A DNA stretch of 34,578 bases from an uncultured Candidatus Saccharibacteria bacterium (GCA_964602725.1 CAZRRZ010000006.1:1-34578), one strand, 5' to 3'. Positions 1 through 9,273 are shown, counted from the stretch's first letter. Numbers and translations: made by a program. Notes: a model not told the origin generated them from the letters alone.

Positions 1-1
1 T

Positions 2-1258
2 ATGTATCAAAAGCATTTTAGAGGCGGAAGCCATAGTGGCGCCGCCAAACAGTTCAATTACCGCAAGCCAGCAGGACGCGGGGCACCTCACGCAGGTGGC
101 CGTGGTCATTCAGGCGGTCGTGGTGGAAACCGTGGCGGTCGTGGTGGTGGATTTTCAAAATACATTGACGTCTCAAAGTTCGTCAACAAGGCAGTTATTA
201 CCGAAAAGACCGAGCACTTCACGCCCGATCATGCTTTTACAGATTTTCTCATCGACACACGTCTCAAAACAAATATTGCCACCAAGGGATACTTTGTACC
301 GACTCCTATTCAGGACAAGATCATTCCGCACATTTTGCGCGGCTTGGACGTAGTTGGTATTGCCAATACTGGTACCGGTAAGACTGCGGCATTTCTTATT
401 CCTCTTATCGATAAGATTCTCAAAAATCCAAAGGAGAAAGTCATGATAATTGTGCCGACACGCGAACTGGCACAGCAGATCGAACAAGAGTTTATGGGTT
501 TTGCAAAGCATATGGCACTATGGTCAGTCTGTTGCGTCGGTGGGGCTAGCATCATTCCGCAGCTCAAGGCTCTCTCACGTCAGTACAATTTCGTCATCGG
601 TACACCAGGACGTTTGCGTGATCTCATCGAACGTGGCAAGATTCGCCTCTCTGAATACTCAACTGTAGTTCTCGACGAAGCAGATCGTATGTTGGACATG
701 GGATTCATTGCCGACATCAAGTTCATGCTAGCGGGTATGAATAAAGTTCGTCACACCTTGTTTTTCTCAGCCACCATGTCTCCGGAGATCAAAGCACTTA
801 TTTCACATTTCCTCAAAGAGCCAGTCAGTATCTCGGTCAAGACTGCAGATACAGCACAGTCTGTAGATCAAGACATCGTTCGTGTTCCAGTTGGCAAAAA
901 TAAATTGGATGTCCTCTCGGATCTCCTCAAACAGCCGGGATTTACCAAGGTTATTATTTTCGGCAAGACCAAGCATGGTGTGCAGCGCTTGGCCGAGGAT
1001 CTCTTGAAGCGTGGATTCAAAGCAGAAGCGATTCACGGCAACAAGAGCCAGGGACAGCGTATGCGTGCTCTCAAGTCATTCAAGGATCATCAGGTCCAGA
1101 TTTTGACTGCGACCGACGTTGCGGCACGTGGATTGGATATTTCAGGCATCACTCACGTCATCAACTTCGATATTCCAGCAACCTATGATGACTACGTTCA
1201 TCGCATCGGTCGTACTGGCCGTGCAGGTAAGCAGGGGAAAGCGCTGACGTTTGTGTAG
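2..1258 (+). CDS. DEAD-box ATP-dependent RNA helicase with an N-terminal Gly/Arg-rich (RGG) extension
   Basis: 418-aa ORF. Carries the Q motif (FVPTPIQ), motif I ANTGTGKT, Ia PTRELA, Ib GTPGRL, II DEAD, III SAT, HGNKSQGQR, ARGLD and VI HRIGRTGRAG. The first ~50 aa are GRG/RGG repeats. The frame is open to the window edge, so the true N-terminus could lie upstream. Confidence 0.95.
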   Translation: MYQKHFRGGSHSGAAKQFNYRKPAGRGAPHAGGRGHSGGRGGNRGGRGGGFSKYIDVSKFVNKAVITEKTEHFTPDHAFTDFLIDTRLKTNIATKGYFVPTPIQDKIIPHILRGLDVVGIANTGTGKTAAFLIPLIDKILKNPKEKVMIIVPTRELAQQIEQEFMGFAKHMALWSVCCVGGASIIPQLKALSRQYNFVIGTPGRLRDLIERGKIRLSEYSTVVLDEADRMLDMGFIADIKFMLAGMNKVRHTLFFSATMSPEIKALISHFLKEPVSISVKTADTAQSVDQDIVRVPVGKNKLDVLSDLLKQPGFTKVIIFGKTKHGVQRLAEDLLKRGFKAEAIHGNKSQGQRMRALKSFKDHQVQILTATDVAARGLDISGITHVINFDIPATYDDYVHRIGRTGRAGKQGKALTFV

Positions 1259-1331
1259 TTCATCAGGAGACCTGTTGTGAATTAAAATTCCAATAGTATA
1301 GCTCACGTATGTAGTAAATAGAAATAAAAAA

Positions 1332-1354
1332 GCCCGCCTCACGAGGAGACGGGC
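1332..1354. terminator. Hairpin between convergent genes, likely a bidirectional intrinsic terminator
   Basis: GCCCGCCTC / GAGACGGGC forms a 9-bp stem with one mismatch. It is flanked by an A-run upstream (a T-run on the minus strand) and lies between the helicase stop and the stop of the minus-strand ORF at 1381. Confidence 0.6.
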
Positions 1355-1380
1355 GAGTTGCGTTGTTGCCCAAAAGGGCG

Positions 1381-1779
1381 TCAGGCGTGCTCAAGCATCA
1401 ATCCTCGTACCATGAACGGTTGCAGTATTACCCCAGTCTGTCCAACGTATCCTTGTGGCAATAGGATTGCATTGCCGCAGCCGGGGAGTTTGAAACGCAA
1501 TGAGTTGGTATCTGATGCTTCGCGCGGTATGCCACTCAACATGTAGTCAAACTCGACAGTGAGACGTCGCGGATCCTCACAAATTTCCCACATGCGCGAG
1601 CACTGAGGTCCGCCGCCGGAATCTTTTTGGGCGCACCACCCAAGTATAAATGTAAATCGTTGGTTGCTGTCTCCCATCATCATACGGGCAATGGGACCGC
1701 CATAGCGCATCATTCCAGTGTCAACTTCAAGGTACCCTCGTTGGAAGCGTTCAGCTTCAAGTACTTCTTTCCAGATCAT
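1381..1779 (-). CDS. Hypothetical protein (132 aa), no recognisable motif
   Basis: Intact ORF with GGAG about 10 nt upstream of the ATG (minus strand) and a hairpin plus T-run after the stop. No TM segment or signal peptide. Confidence 0.6.
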   Translation of the reverse strand: MIWKEVLEAERFQRGYLEVDTGMMRYGGPIARMMMGDSNQRFTFILGWCAQKDSGGGPQCSRMWEICEDPRRLTVEFDYMLSGIPREASDTNSLRFKLPGCGNAILLPQGYVGQTGVILQPFMVRGLMLEHA

Positions 1780-1845
1780 AAATAAGTGTCTCCGGTAGAT
1801 TGTTCATACTGATAGTACCTCGGCCAAGGTTTTTGTCAATTCACA

Positions 1846-1854
1846 TGCTATAAT
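1846..1854 (+). promoter_or_regulatory. Extended -10 promoter (TGcTATAAT) 7 nt upstream of the ATG at 1862; predicted leaderless mRNA
   Basis: TGCTATAAT at 1846-1854 is followed by tttctcc and then ATG. No SD sequence and no room for a leader. Confidence 0.55.
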
Positions 1855-1861
1855 TTTCTCC

Positions 1862-3487
1862 ATGCAGAACATTCACGAACTCGAGCAGATCATTGATGGT
1901 GATGTTGATCGAGATGAACGTCCGCTGTATCTTGCCAGTCATGATGCCAGCATCTTTGAAGTTCGTCCCGAGGTGATCATTCGACCAAAACATGCTGCTG
2001 ATTTACAAAAGATTGTCAGATACATCTCGGATCGTGGCGGCATGACATTGACCGCTCGCGCGGCGGGAACAGATATGACCGGCGGACCACTCACGCAGTC
2101 TATAGTTATTGATTTTCTCAAGTATTTTAACCGTATTATTTCTGTAAAAGAAGGACGAGCTGTTACCCAGCCCGGTGTTTTTTATCGTGATTTTGACAAA
2201 GCGACAGTCGCTACTGGGCAGATTATGCCGAGTTACCCAGCCTCACGCGAGCTCTGCACTGTTGGAGGCATGGTGGCGAATAATTCAGGGGGAGAAAAGA
2301 CCTTGGCTTATGGTAAAACAGAAAGATATGTAAAACGTATCAAAATGGTTTGCGCGGATGGAAAAGAGTACGAATTTACTCCACTGACATTTTCCCAGCT
2401 TGAGCAGGCCAAGAAATTTCCCACATTTGAAAGCGAAGTGTACAGAAGGATGCACGACCTTATCAGTGATAATTACGAAAAGATTCAGGCCGCGCGTCCC
2501 ATCGTCTCAAAAAATTCCTGTGGCTATTATCTGTGGAATGTCATGGACAAACAGAAGGGGACTTTTGATCTGACTAAACTTATCGTTGGCTCGCAGGGGA
2601 CCTTGGGACTCATTACCGAAATAGAATTTGCGCTCATAAAGCCCAAACCGTACTCACGTCTTCTCATCGTCTTTTTGAAAGACTTGAAACTACTCGCCCC
2701 AACAGCCGCGCACATCATGAAATTCAAGCCAGAAAGTTTTGAGTCCTATGATGATCACACCTTCAAGATTGCTCTGAAATTTCTACCACAACTCATGAGG
2801 CAGATGGGTGGTAATATTTTCAAACTTGGTTTTTCATTCATCCCAGAAATGTGGGCAGTTCTACGTGGCGGTGTGCCAAAGCTGGTGTTGATGGCTGAAT
2901 TTACTGCAGAGACCGAAGCCGAAGCTTTGCGCATGGCCAATGAAGCGCGCGATTCACTCAAAGAATTGCACGAAGAATCACGAGTTACTCAAGATGCTGC
3001 TGATGCTCATAAATATTGGGTAATTCGCCGTGAGAGTTTCAATATGCTACGTCATCACGTGAAGAAACTTCGTACGGCGCCGTTTATTGATGACTTTGCC
3101 GTGCCGCCAGAAAAGCTGACCGAGTTTTTGCCAGAACTCTATACGATCCTTGATCAATACAAATTGACCTATACAATTGCGGGGCACATTGGCGACGGTA
3201 ACTTCCATATTATTCCACTGATGGATCTTCATGAAGTTCATTCGCATGAAATCATCAAAGAATTGCTAGTGAAGGTCTACGAATTGGTGCATCGATATCA
3301 AGGCACGATTACCGCCGAGCATAATGATGGCATGATACGCACGCCATTTGTAAAGATGCAGTATGGTGAAGACATGTACAAGCTTTTTGAAGAAGTGAAG
3401 AAGATTTGGGATCCGAAGGGTATTTTCAATCCAGGCAAAAAGGTGGGGGGAAGTTGGGAATACGCCGTGGGGCATATAGTGAAGTGA
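1862..3487 (+). CDS. FAD-binding oxidoreductase (FAD-linked oxidase, GlcD / D-lactate dehydrogenase-like)
   Basis: 541 aa. PCMH-type FAD-binding motifs are present (ARAAGTDMTGG, GGMVANNSGGEKTLAYGKT, VGSQGTLGLITEIEF). C-terminal FAD-oxidase_C motifs are also present (TAEHNDGMIR, IWDPKGIFNPGK). Confidence 0.9.
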   Translation: MQNIHELEQIIDGDVDRDERPLYLASHDASIFEVRPEVIIRPKHAADLQKIVRYISDRGGMTLTARAAGTDMTGGPLTQSIVIDFLKYFNRIISVKEGRAVTQPGVFYRDFDKATVATGQIMPSYPASRELCTVGGMVANNSGGEKTLAYGKTERYVKRIKMVCADGKEYEFTPLTFSQLEQAKKFPTFESEVYRRMHDLISDNYEKIQAARPIVSKNSCGYYLWNVMDKQKGTFDLTKLIVGSQGTLGLITEIEFALIKPKPYSRLLIVFLKDLKLLAPTAAHIMKFKPESFESYDDHTFKIALKFLPQLMRQMGGNIFKLGFSFIPEMWAVLRGGVPKLVLMAEFTAETEAEALRMANEARDSLKELHEESRVTQDAADAHKYWVIRRESFNMLRHHVKKLRTAPFIDDFAVPPEKLTEFLPELYTILDQYKLTYTIAGHIGDGNFHIIPLMDLHEVHSHEIIKELLVKVYELVHRYQGTITAEHNDGMIRTPFVKMQYGEDMYKLFEEVKKIWDPKGIFNPGKKVGGSWEYAVGHIVK

Positions 3488-3555
3488 TCCTCTGGTTTCT
3501 GTGGATAGAGGATATAGAAATATACGCGGCAAAGTAGTATACTTATGGCACGGAT

Positions 3556-3912
3556 ATGACCGCACAGTACGAACTTATTTTCATATTCTTTTCCGTCATA
3601 GTTGGTGTCATTTCAGCGGCGTATTTTTATATTTCCACGGGAACTTTTGAACATTTGCACCTCTTACAACGCCCGATCAAGTGGATTGCTGGGGGTATTT
3701 TCCTGATTGCGCTTGGTGTTTTGACGGCAGCCTTTATCTCATACGAAGAACAGCAGGGATTCCAACTCTACTTCTACGAGCTTCCATTGCAGGTTCTCTT
3801 TTATATCATTTATATCATAGGATCACTGGCGATCTTGTTTGGTGCCCGTCAATTTACCTACCGTCCACATGGTCATGCAGATGTTGTCGATGTTTCTCTG
3901 CAGAGTAAGTAG
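3556..3912 (+). CDS. Hypothetical integral membrane protein (3-4 TM segments)
   Basis: 118-aa ORF with hydrophobic stretches (LIFIFFSVIVGVISAAYFYI, IAGGIFLIALGVLTAAFI, VLFYIIYIIGSLAILFG). Its stop is 5 nt from the stop of the convergent permease gene. Confidence 0.65.
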   Translation: MTAQYELIFIFFSVIVGVISAAYFYISTGTFEHLHLLQRPIKWIAGGIFLIALGVLTAAFISYEEQQGFQLYFYELPLQVLFYIIYIIGSLAILFGARQFTYRPHGHADVVDVSLQSK

Positions 3913-3917
3913 CCTCA

Positions 3918-5144
3918 TTACTCGTATCTCAAGGCCTCGATCGGATTGAGGCGCGACGCTCTGCGTGCGGGGTAATACCCAAAGACAATGCCGATCAGTG
4001 CGGATACGCCAAAAGCCAATGCTACTGAAGTAGGGGAAATTTGTGTTTGGAGGATACCAAGTGCGGTGACTATGTACGAGGCGGTCCAACCGAGTATGAC
4101 ACCGATGGCGCCCCCGATCAATGTAAGTGCTACAGCTTCAGTCAAAAATTGTGTATTGATATCATGACGCTTTGCGCCAATAGCCTTGCGCAAGCCAATC
4201 TCCTTGGTGCGCTCCGTGACAGTCGTGAGCATCATGTTCATGATGCCAATACCTCCAACAAGGAGTGAAATGCCAGCCACAGCCGCAAGAAGTATGGTGA
4301 AAGTTCCTGTAACACTTGAGGCGGCGGAGACGATGTCAGCCTGATTGAGGACGTTAAAATCAGCATTGGCCGCCACAGATATTTTGTGGCGTGACATCAG
4401 GAGGGCGGTAATGTCCGCCTGTACTTGGGTCATGGCCTCGGCGTCGCTCGCAGATATGCTCAAGGATGTTACATACGTCGAATCACCCAAAAGGAACAGT
4501 TGTGCGGTCGAAAGAGGGATGTACACGGTGTCATCCTGATTGCCAAAGCCGCCACTGCCTTTTGATTTTGTCATACCGATGACCTTGAATTCCATGCCGT
4601 TGATACGGATGCTCTGGCCTACTGCCTCCGCATCCACCCCAAATAAATCGTCTCTCACGGTGGGTCCGATGACGGCAACCTTTGAACGACCGGCTAGGTC
4701 TTGGCTAGAAATGAATGATCCCTCATCCATGGTGACGTTGTGAACGTGTATATATGCAGGTTCAGAGCCGATAACAGATGTATTGGTGTTTGTTCCCTTG
4801 GCAGTGATCTGATATCGACTGCTTATCTCTGGAGAAATGGCACCAATGTTGGCGACTTCGGCAGAAATGGCGTCGATATCCTTCATGGTCAGTGTCTTTG
4901 CTGAACCACGTCCGGTCGATGCTCCATAGCCAAAGTTTCGAGTCGCACCAGGGGAGACGATGATCAGGTTGGACCCAATGGATTCGATGCTTGATTGGAT
5001 GGCGCTTTGGGCGCCTTGGCCAATGGAGACCATAGTTATAACCGAACTTATGCCAATGATGATACCGAGCATGGTTAGTGCCGTACGCACTTTGTTGGCG
5101 GTCAGGGCGGAGAGTGTCTCGTGAAGTATGTCGGATGTGGTCAT
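3918..5144 (-). CDS. ABC transporter permease, MacB/FtsX family (MacB periplasmic core domain plus FtsX)
   Basis: 408 aa. Has an N-terminal TM, a large extracytoplasmic domain and the C-terminal FtsX signature TERTKEIGLRKAIGAKRHDI, ending NPIEALRYE. It follows the ATPase gene with a 13-nt gap. Confidence 0.92.
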   Translation of the reverse strand: MTTSDILHETLSALTANKVRTALTMLGIIIGISSVITMVSIGQGAQSAIQSSIESIGSNLIIVSPGATRNFGYGASTGRGSAKTLTMKDIDAISAEVANIGAISPEISSRYQITAKGTNTNTSVIGSEPAYIHVHNVTMDEGSFISSQDLAGRSKVAVIGPTVRDDLFGVDAEAVGQSIRINGMEFKVIGMTKSKGSGGFGNQDDTVYIPLSTAQLFLLGDSTYVTSLSISASDAEAMTQVQADITALLMSRHKISVAANADFNVLNQADIVSAASSVTGTFTILLAAVAGISLLVGGIGIMNMMLTTVTERTKEIGLRKAIGAKRHDINTQFLTEAVALTLIGGAIGVILGWTASYIVTALGILQTQISPTSVALAFGVSALIGIVFGYYPARRASRLNPIEALRYE

Positions 5145-5157
5145 GGAATGGTGTAGA

Positions 5158-5868
5158 TTACGTGTTTTGTTTGATGATACGCTTGGTGTGGGCGCCGCTG
5201 TCCTCTACAATTTTTCCATCACGAATATGGATAATCCGGTCCGCATGTTCTGCCACATCTTTTTCATGAGTAATCAGGACAATTGTTCGACCAAGTTCTT
5301 TGTTAAGACGCTGGAATGTTCCAAGTACGATGTTGCCGGTCTGTGTATCGAGGTTGCCCGTTGGCTCATCAGCAAGAATAAGCGTTGGGTTATTGACGAG
5401 GGCGCGAGCGATGGCGACACGCTGGATCTGCCCGCCCGATAACTGGTTTGATTTGTGATTGAAGCGATCTTCGGTCATGCCGGCGCTCATGAGAGCCGCG
5501 TAGGCGCGCTGTTCGCGTTCATGCGGAGGTATGCCTGCATAGATGAGAGGAAGTGTGACGTTGCGGAGTACTGTTGCGCGAGGAAGGAGATTGAAAGCTT
5601 GAAACACAAAACCGATCTGATTGCGGCGGATCTCAGCTAGCTCATCATCGGAGAGTTTTGATACATCATGTCCGTCAAGCTTGTACGTTCCTGAGGAGGG
5701 AGTATCGAGCGCGCCAAGAATATGCATCAACGTGGATTTGCCAGAGCCAGATGGTCCCATAATAGCGACGAACTCCCCGTCGTTGATCGTGAATGTTACG
5801 CCTTGCAACGCGTGCGTGGCGTTATCTCCACTCAAATATGTTTTGGTAATATGTTTTATTTCAATCAT
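5158..5868 (-). CDS. ABC transporter ATP-binding protein (MacB/LolD-like)
   Basis: 236 aa. Walker A GPSGSGKST, Q-loop, signature LSGGQIQRVAIARAL, Walker B ILADEPTGNLD and H-loop ITHE. Confidence 0.95.
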   Translation of the reverse strand: MIEIKHITKTYLSGDNATHALQGVTFTINDGEFVAIMGPSGSGKSTLMHILGALDTPSSGTYKLDGHDVSKLSDDELAEIRRNQIGFVFQAFNLLPRATVLRNVTLPLIYAGIPPHEREQRAYAALMSAGMTEDRFNHKSNQLSGGQIQRVAIARALVNNPTLILADEPTGNLDTQTGNIVLGTFQRLNKELGRTIVLITHEKDVAEHADRIIHIRDGKIVEDSGAHTKRIIKQNT

Positions 5869-5903
5869 GTGTATGTATGCGCGTGCCGTTCTCTCATGCG
5901 GGT

Positions 5904-7607
5904 CTAGTTCCCTGGACGTACTACTGCCCGAGTTGCCCCTGTCGCGCCCCGATTGCCGCCCAAGCTGCTCAATATATTTGGCGTGGCTGTCGTAGCACTG
6001 CCTGCCGCAATAGTTCTCGTTACGACGAACTGTCCGCGCTCGAGACCACTTGTGATCTCGGTATTGGTATCGTCACTATCGCCAACCGTGACAAGAATCT
6101 GCGTTGGCGCTGTTGCTGATGATATCGTCACCATGCGGGCCTGTATACCATTGCTAGGTCGCGTGCTTGTTGCCATGGTTCGTGCACTTGTTGATGCTGT
6201 AGGAACAGGGAGTGTCTCGACATATTTTTTGTTGGCCTGTGTTTTCACGGCGCTTGATGGCACAATGAGTACGCCCGTTTTTTCCATGGTCACAATGCTG
6301 ATATTTATACTCATTCCCGGTTTGATACGTTCGTCTGTAGTTGTGATGATAATCTTGACGTTGTATGACACGACACCCTGGGTAACTGTTCCTACGAGAT
6401 CTACTTGTCCGACAGTGCCGACAGCGTTCAGTCCATCGATCGCGTCAAAGGTGATTTGTACCGGTTGGCCGGCTTTGACCTTGGCGGCATCAACTTCGTT
6501 TAGGGAGATGTTGGCGACTTTTTGATCACCGATAATGGTCGCAATCACCGTGCTTGCACCAGCTTGGCCGTAGACAGAGACGGGAATGCGTCCGACGACT
6601 CCATCAAATGGGGCGCGTATGAAATATTTTGCATATGTTTCCTCTGCTTGTTGTAGCGAAAGGCGTTGGCTTTGGATATCCAGATCCTCCGGGCCGGTTT
6701 GAAGGACGGCAAGTGAGTTGTTGCTACTTGTGATCGTGTTTTGTGCCGAGACGATACTCGTAAGATCGCTGTTCACCTGATTTGACCAGGTGACTACATT
6801 TGCTGATGCGGTGACAGCATCGCTCGCACTGTAATCTGGTTGTGATGTTATGACAAAATTTACGGCAGTTTGGAGATGTTGAAGAGCAACGGACATCATC
6901 TTTGCCGTAGCGAATGTATTCTCCATCAGAGCTTCAATACTTGAGGTGGCGCTTGTCCTGGTAAGATTTTTGTACTCGCTGGCGCTCATCTCATAGTGTA
7001 CGATAGCTTTCTCATAACTGTTTGCCGCAACCTGCCTATAGGTAAGCCCCGTTGGTGATAAATACGAGGATTTTTGATCTGCCAAAAATCCTGAATGGTC
7101 ATATAGGATGTCTTTAATGCCAGTAAGGACCGCCGGCATATCGAGATAAAATGTCGAAACAGAGTTGAAGCCGTCGTTATAGGCCTTGGTGACTGTATTG
7201 TGCGAGTTGACGATGTCGCCGGCTTTTGCTGGTTTGACCAGTTTTGCATAGGCGATACGTGCGCTTTCAAGATTGATCAATGCATCATGCGAGTCGATGG
7301 TTGCAAGCAGTGCGCCCTTGTTCACGTGTTGGCCGACAGACACATTGATAGCTTGGATTTTTCCCGAAACTTCACTGGTCACGTCGAGCTGATTTTCAGC
7401 CGATACCTGACCGCTACCTGTCACGGTCTGAGTTATGGTGCCGATATACGCAGGGGACAGGACGTATTGTGGCGTCGCATTTGCAGTAAATGTTTTGGTG
7501 TAAATATAGTATCCGACGCCAATAATGATAATAAGTATGATGATACTACTCATTTTGTGAGAAGATATCCATGTTTTTACTCGTGCAAAAAATGATAGTT
7601 TTTTCAT
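5904..7607 (-). CDS. HlyD/MacA-family membrane-fusion (periplasmic adaptor) protein with a long Ser/Thr/Ala-rich C-terminal tail
   Basis: 567 aa. Has an N-terminal TM anchor, a biotinyl-lipoyl-like segment (VSGKIQAINVSVGQHVNKGALLATID), a long helical hairpin region and a beta-barrel region (IRAPFDGVVG). It sits immediately upstream of the ABC ATPase and permease. Confidence 0.88.
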   Translation of the reverse strand: MKKLSFFARVKTWISSHKMSSIIILIIIIGVGYYIYTKTFTANATPQYVLSPAYIGTITQTVTGSGQVSAENQLDVTSEVSGKIQAINVSVGQHVNKGALLATIDSHDALINLESARIAYAKLVKPAKAGDIVNSHNTVTKAYNDGFNSVSTFYLDMPAVLTGIKDILYDHSGFLADQKSSYLSPTGLTYRQVAANSYEKAIVHYEMSASEYKNLTRTSATSSIEALMENTFATAKMMSVALQHLQTAVNFVITSQPDYSASDAVTASANVVTWSNQVNSDLTSIVSAQNTITSSNNSLAVLQTGPEDLDIQSQRLSLQQAEETYAKYFIRAPFDGVVGRIPVSVYGQAGASTVIATIIGDQKVANISLNEVDAAKVKAGQPVQITFDAIDGLNAVGTVGQVDLVGTVTQGVVSYNVKIIITTTDERIKPGMSINISIVTMEKTGVLIVPSSAVKTQANKKYVETLPVPTASTSARTMATSTRPSNGIQARMVTISSATAPTQILVTVGDSDDTNTEITSGLERGQFVVTRTIAAGSATTATPNILSSLGGNRGATGATRAVVRPGN

Positions 7608-7618
7608 GGGTGTATATG

Positions 7619-8101
7619 TTATCGCGTGTACATCATCCTCTGACTGCTCGGCATGACGCGGATAAGTTTGGCGGTAATGCCACCACTTTCGTTTGGCGTA
7701 CCAATCACAACAACAAAATCATCAGCCACGATCGTTGTTGAAGCAGTTGTCGAACGGGCGCTCCTCACCACCGTTTCCGATGTGATCATAATATTTTTTT
7801 CTGTTCCATCACGATCGATGACGATCAACATCGGAAGATTGGCGCTCACCACTTTTCCAGCTGCACCATGACCACCAACAAGGTCATCGGTGCTTGGCAT
7901 TCCTGTCATGGCTCCGGGCAATTTGTTTCGCATGCCAAAAGTTTTGACATAATTGTCACTAAATCGATACGAGAATTCTGCTTTGTGGTAACCGACTGTC
8001 ATTCCTGCCCAAAAAACAAGTGCTAGGACGAGCAGAACGACAAGGACGCGGACGAGTTTTGATGTGTGTAGCGAAGATAGTTTTGTATGTTCAGTAGTCA
8101 T
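7619..8101 (-). CDS. Membrane-anchored hypothetical protein (single N-terminal TM, beta-rich exported domain)
   Basis: 160-aa ORF packed between the anti-sigma candidate and the adaptor gene, with 12-nt gaps. TM segment is LVRVLVVLLVLALVFWAGM. Confidence 0.7.
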   Translation of the reverse strand: MTTEHTKLSSLHTSKLVRVLVVLLVLALVFWAGMTVGYHKAEFSYRFSDNYVKTFGMRNKLPGAMTGMPSTDDLVGGHGAAGKVVSANLPMLIVIDRDGTEKNIMITSETVVRSARSTTASTTIVADDFVVVIGTPNESGGITAKLIRVMPSSQRMMYTR

Positions 8102-8113
8102 GGGTGTGTATGG

Positions 8114-8593
8114 TTAGATGTTACTAATGTGTAGCTGTGTCGTTTGCATGTGCAGTGTCCGTATGTATACGGAACTCTTTTTGAAGGCGTAGGCGGCTAC
8201 GAGCAGTATGGCGAGTGTGAGGGCCGTGCTCATCATCGGAAGGGACTCAAGTATTGATAACATGCTTATATTGAAGTTGTTGAGCATATATCTGCCATCA
8301 GATATGAATAATGATATGTATGAGTAGAGGCCGGAGTCGCTCGCCTGCATGCTCGCATATTGAACCATTGGCACCAAGCCGATAAGTGCGAGGAGGGTAA
8401 GTGCGCCATACCCGTACGCTTTTCTCTGTGCGCGAATCCTCTGCGCCTCTTGGATGCGGGCATATACGGCATGAACTATAGTAGCTGACGGCTCTCGTGA
8501 GTATACGTGGTCCAATGTGTGTTTGTGTGACATCTTCATATCAATACAAGTACTACGACACGGTGCGCTATTTTGGTGCACGTGCGTTGCCAA
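8114..8593 (-). CDS. Putative membrane anti-sigma factor (function inferred from position only)
   Basis: ORF immediately downstream of the ECF sigma gene, with two TM segments. The longest ORF overlaps the sigma stop by 26 nt. An alternative start at 8539 (MKMSHKH...) would remove the overlap. No zf-HC2 motif is seen. Confidence 0.55.
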   Translation of the reverse strand: MATHVHQNSAPCRSTCIDMKMSHKHTLDHVYSREPSATIVHAVYARIQEAQRIRAQRKAYGYGALTLLALIGLVPMVQYASMQASDSGLYSYISLFISDGRYMLNNFNISMLSILESLPMMSTALTLAILLVAAYAFKKSSVYIRTLHMQTTQLHISNI

Positions 8594-9134
8594 CCTCCTC
8601 TTTTATCTGGTCGAGTGCCCGTCGGTGCCAACTTTTTACGGTATTCATTGGGGCACTTATAACAATGGCGATTTCTTCAAACGTGAGTCCTTGATGATAA
8701 TGAAGCATAACCACTGAATGGTATTCTGGACGAAGTTTTGATAGTGCGTCACTCAATTCCTCTGCATCATGTGCACGTTCGAATAGCTCATCTGCAAGCG
8801 GTCCCAGATCTGGAACGGTATCCGAAAATGGATCAGCATCCTCATCCACATCGAGTGTGGAAAAGGGTAGAGCCTTTTTCTTTTTAATATGGTCAAGTGT
8901 GGTGTTGCGTGCGATGGTAAATACCCACGGTTTCCACGCATGTCCCTTTTTGAATCGGCTCATATATTTCCAAGCCTTGAAAAAAGTATCCTGTACGATA
9001 TCTTCTGTCTCGTCGGTGTTTTGCACATACAAGTATACAAAGTTAAACACAGGTTTGAGTGTGCGACGTATCAATTCTTGGAAAGAAAAATCATCCCCAT
9101 GTGTATACGCTTCTATAAGTTCTTCGTCATTCAT
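8568..9134 (-). CDS. RNA polymerase sigma factor, ECF (sigma-70 group 4) family
   Basis: 188 aa. Region 2 is DIVQDTFFKAWKYMSRF ... WVFTIARNTTLD. Region 4 helix-turn-helix is LTFEEIAIVISAPMNTVKSWHRRAL. Confidence 0.9.
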   Translation of the reverse strand: MNDEELIEAYTHGDDFSFQELIRRTLKPVFNFVYLYVQNTDETEDIVQDTFFKAWKYMSRFKKGHAWKPWVFTIARNTTLDHIKKKKALPFSTLDVDEDADPFSDTVPDLGPLADELFERAHDAEELSDALSKLRPEYHSVVMLHYHQGLTFEEIAIVISAPMNTVKSWHRRALDQIKEEVGNARAPK

Positions 9135-9273
9135 ATCGATAGTTGTATCATACTATACGAACAGGTAGTTATGCACAGTTTTGGAAAAATGTTTCTCGCT
9201 ATTGTACGTGTATGACGTATAATAAATATGGTCGAGCATTTGGCAGTCGTAATAAAAAAAGCTCAACACTCAT

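Noticed and set aside
3903-3923. Short hairpin GAGTAA-gtagcctca-TTACTC spanning the two convergent stop codons (3910-3912 and 3918-3920)
   Set aside because: It is only a 6-bp AT-rich stem with no U-tract on either side, too weak to call a terminator. It is noted only because the convergent genes leave no other room for one.
5953-6525. 190-aa plus-strand ORF, and similar antisense ORFs at 16921-17625, 20370-20894, 12491-12924 and 7200-7595
   Set aside because: All lie antisense or out of frame within well-supported genes (the HlyD adaptor, DoxX/DUF1761, nrdJ and aspS). These are typical shadow ORFs.
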